Shown here piece by piece: positions 62,296 through 64,000 of a stretch of 64,000 bases of DNA. The notes beneath the pieces are model-generated. The model was not told the origin of the DNA. It ran no database searches and was given only the letters and a program-made list of their open reading frames with translations. The stretch's first letter is position 1; each line of letters opens with the position of its first letter. The stretch comes from Eledone cirrhosa (Eukaryota): NCBI GenBank assembly GCA_964016885.1, contig OZ024743.1:10602001-10666000 (forward strand). The letters are read 5' to 3'. A program made the position numbers and the translations under genes.

Positions 62296-64000
62296 CAATA
62301 TTATTATCATTGTCAATCCTAGCATATTTTTATTCTATCAGTTTATACACAATGGTTCATACGTTATGCTCTGTGTATTTGCCACACATAATACATTGAT
62401 AATGTAATATTACAATTCTGCAGAAGATGTCTATCACACTTAAGAATGCAGTTGAGTGTGTTTTGATGTTTTTTCTTTAATTTAAACAATATTCTTATCT
62501 TATCAATTTGTGTATTTGTGTTTTCATGTTAATTGTAACATTCATGTTATTCTAATTATTTCTACTTTTCAATTTTTGTTTTGTAAATGTTTTTATTTCA
62601 AAGTCAGTCTAAGAAATGTGTCTTTATTTGTCTATCAATATATATGCAAGTATGTTGACAGTAATATCTCTCATTTAGTATGTTGTATTCCTCATACAGT
62701 ACACAGTTTTCAGACAAACTCTGTAATGCAATGCATGTACCATATGTTTCAACCATAACTTAAATATTGACAGAGTTTTAATGTATATTATTATTACCAG
62801 TTGGTTTTATGTTGTAAATATTTAAAGTCATTTTACTTGTTTCTGTGTCTTTATGGTTTGTAGTATCAGCTAGTTTCCATTTTAGTGATGATATTTAATT
62901 AACTGTTGCAAGAAAGATAGATGCTGGTGATGTTTTGCTGAAATGAAAACTCGACTACCATTTATATATCATTGGCACTATGATTTATTTATTATTTATC
63001 AAGATGCACACCTCAGACTTGTGAAAAATACTGATGTGTATTCTTTTCTGATTTAGTCTGTACTATGGGACACATGCTGTCAATAATGAATGTATTGTTG
63101 AGAGGACTCTTTAGCTGTAAGACATGGCACCCCCATCCCACCCCTAGTGTAGGTGATCTACTTTATAAATGATCACACACACTCTGTTAAAATGATTGGT
63201 AATAGGAAGGGCACCCAGCCATAGAAGACCTGCCATTCAAAGTGTTTGGAAGGCTCTTATTCCATGAATAAAACATAATATTTTCCCTCATTTTGTTGCC
63301 ATAATAAAATGCATGCAGTAGAGTGAAAGATTGTATGCCAAACTCCCAGCCCACTGGAAGGTCAGAAGTTGCATTTGAGTATTGACCAGTGTATGATAAA
63401 CTTTGCTAGTAAGGAAAAGAGATGTTAAACAAGGAGGATGAAGAAACCATCCCCAACATCAATGTCAACCAATCCATTCTATCCAGGATTGCCCTCAACC
63501 CTCATTTTCCCTTACATCGCTCTGTTAAATCCCACTACAATAGTCATAGCTCCCGAATATATGTTCCTATTATCATTGCATCTCCCCACTCTATCCAAAG
63601 TCATCGCCAGCCCATAGGGTAGCAAGACCTCTTGAGTTAAATCAATGACAAACAATCTCTCTATTTCTGGTACACCAAAAAATCATATCCAGTGCAATGT
63701 AAAGTTTGGAAGGGCATCCAACCATAGAAAATTTTCCAAACCTAGGATGAGAGAGCTATTTAATTATGTCAATAACATGACACCTCCCTGGTACTGCGGC
63801 CATGATAAAACTCTGTTTGTGAACTCTGTAAAGTACAGAAATGTAGGTAAATGAGATGCAACCCCTGACCTCTTTGAGAGGTCAGTGGCATTGATTAGCT
63901 GCTGACTTGGTCTTTCACAACCCATCCCCAGCAGGGAAAATAAATTTTAAAGCATGATGCTGTGTGATTATGTATATGTATATGTGTGTTTGTGAATGTG

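Overview
AT-rich, repeat-dense eukaryotic DNA. The repeat set (RTE LINEs with (ATG)n tails, tRNA-CORE and Deu/Nin-domain SINEs, long (TA)n tracts) resembles an octopus or other cephalopod genome; this is an inference. There are no prokaryotic genes, CRISPR arrays, rRNA or intact tRNA genes. The best-preserved feature is a full-length but inactivated 4.2-kb Ty3/Gypsy LTR retrotransposon (1258-5468). It has 258-bp LTRs, a GTATG target-site duplication, gag-PR-RT-RH-IN order, a -1 frameshift signal and no canonical tRNA primer-binding site. It is inserted into an RTE LINE whose ORF2 carries a PHD-type finger. The rest is a layered set of decayed RTE, CR1-like, L1/Tx1-like, R4/Dong-like and Penelope-like fragments, maT (DD37D) and mariner (DD34D) transposase relics, and mariner-, piggyBac- and hAT-type MITEs. 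Four observations stand out: (1) LINEs and SINEs here share and swap head, body and tail modules, and the body expands into tandem arrays; (2) there are three template-switch-type palindromes, including a perfect 28-bp-arm hairpin and a loop inversion between two SINE copies; (3) the LTR element has an atypical priming region; (4) two minus-strand candidate exons 29 kb apart splice in frame and may mark an unrecognised host gene. Boundaries of degenerate repeats are approximate. I found no unambiguous novel multi-gene system.
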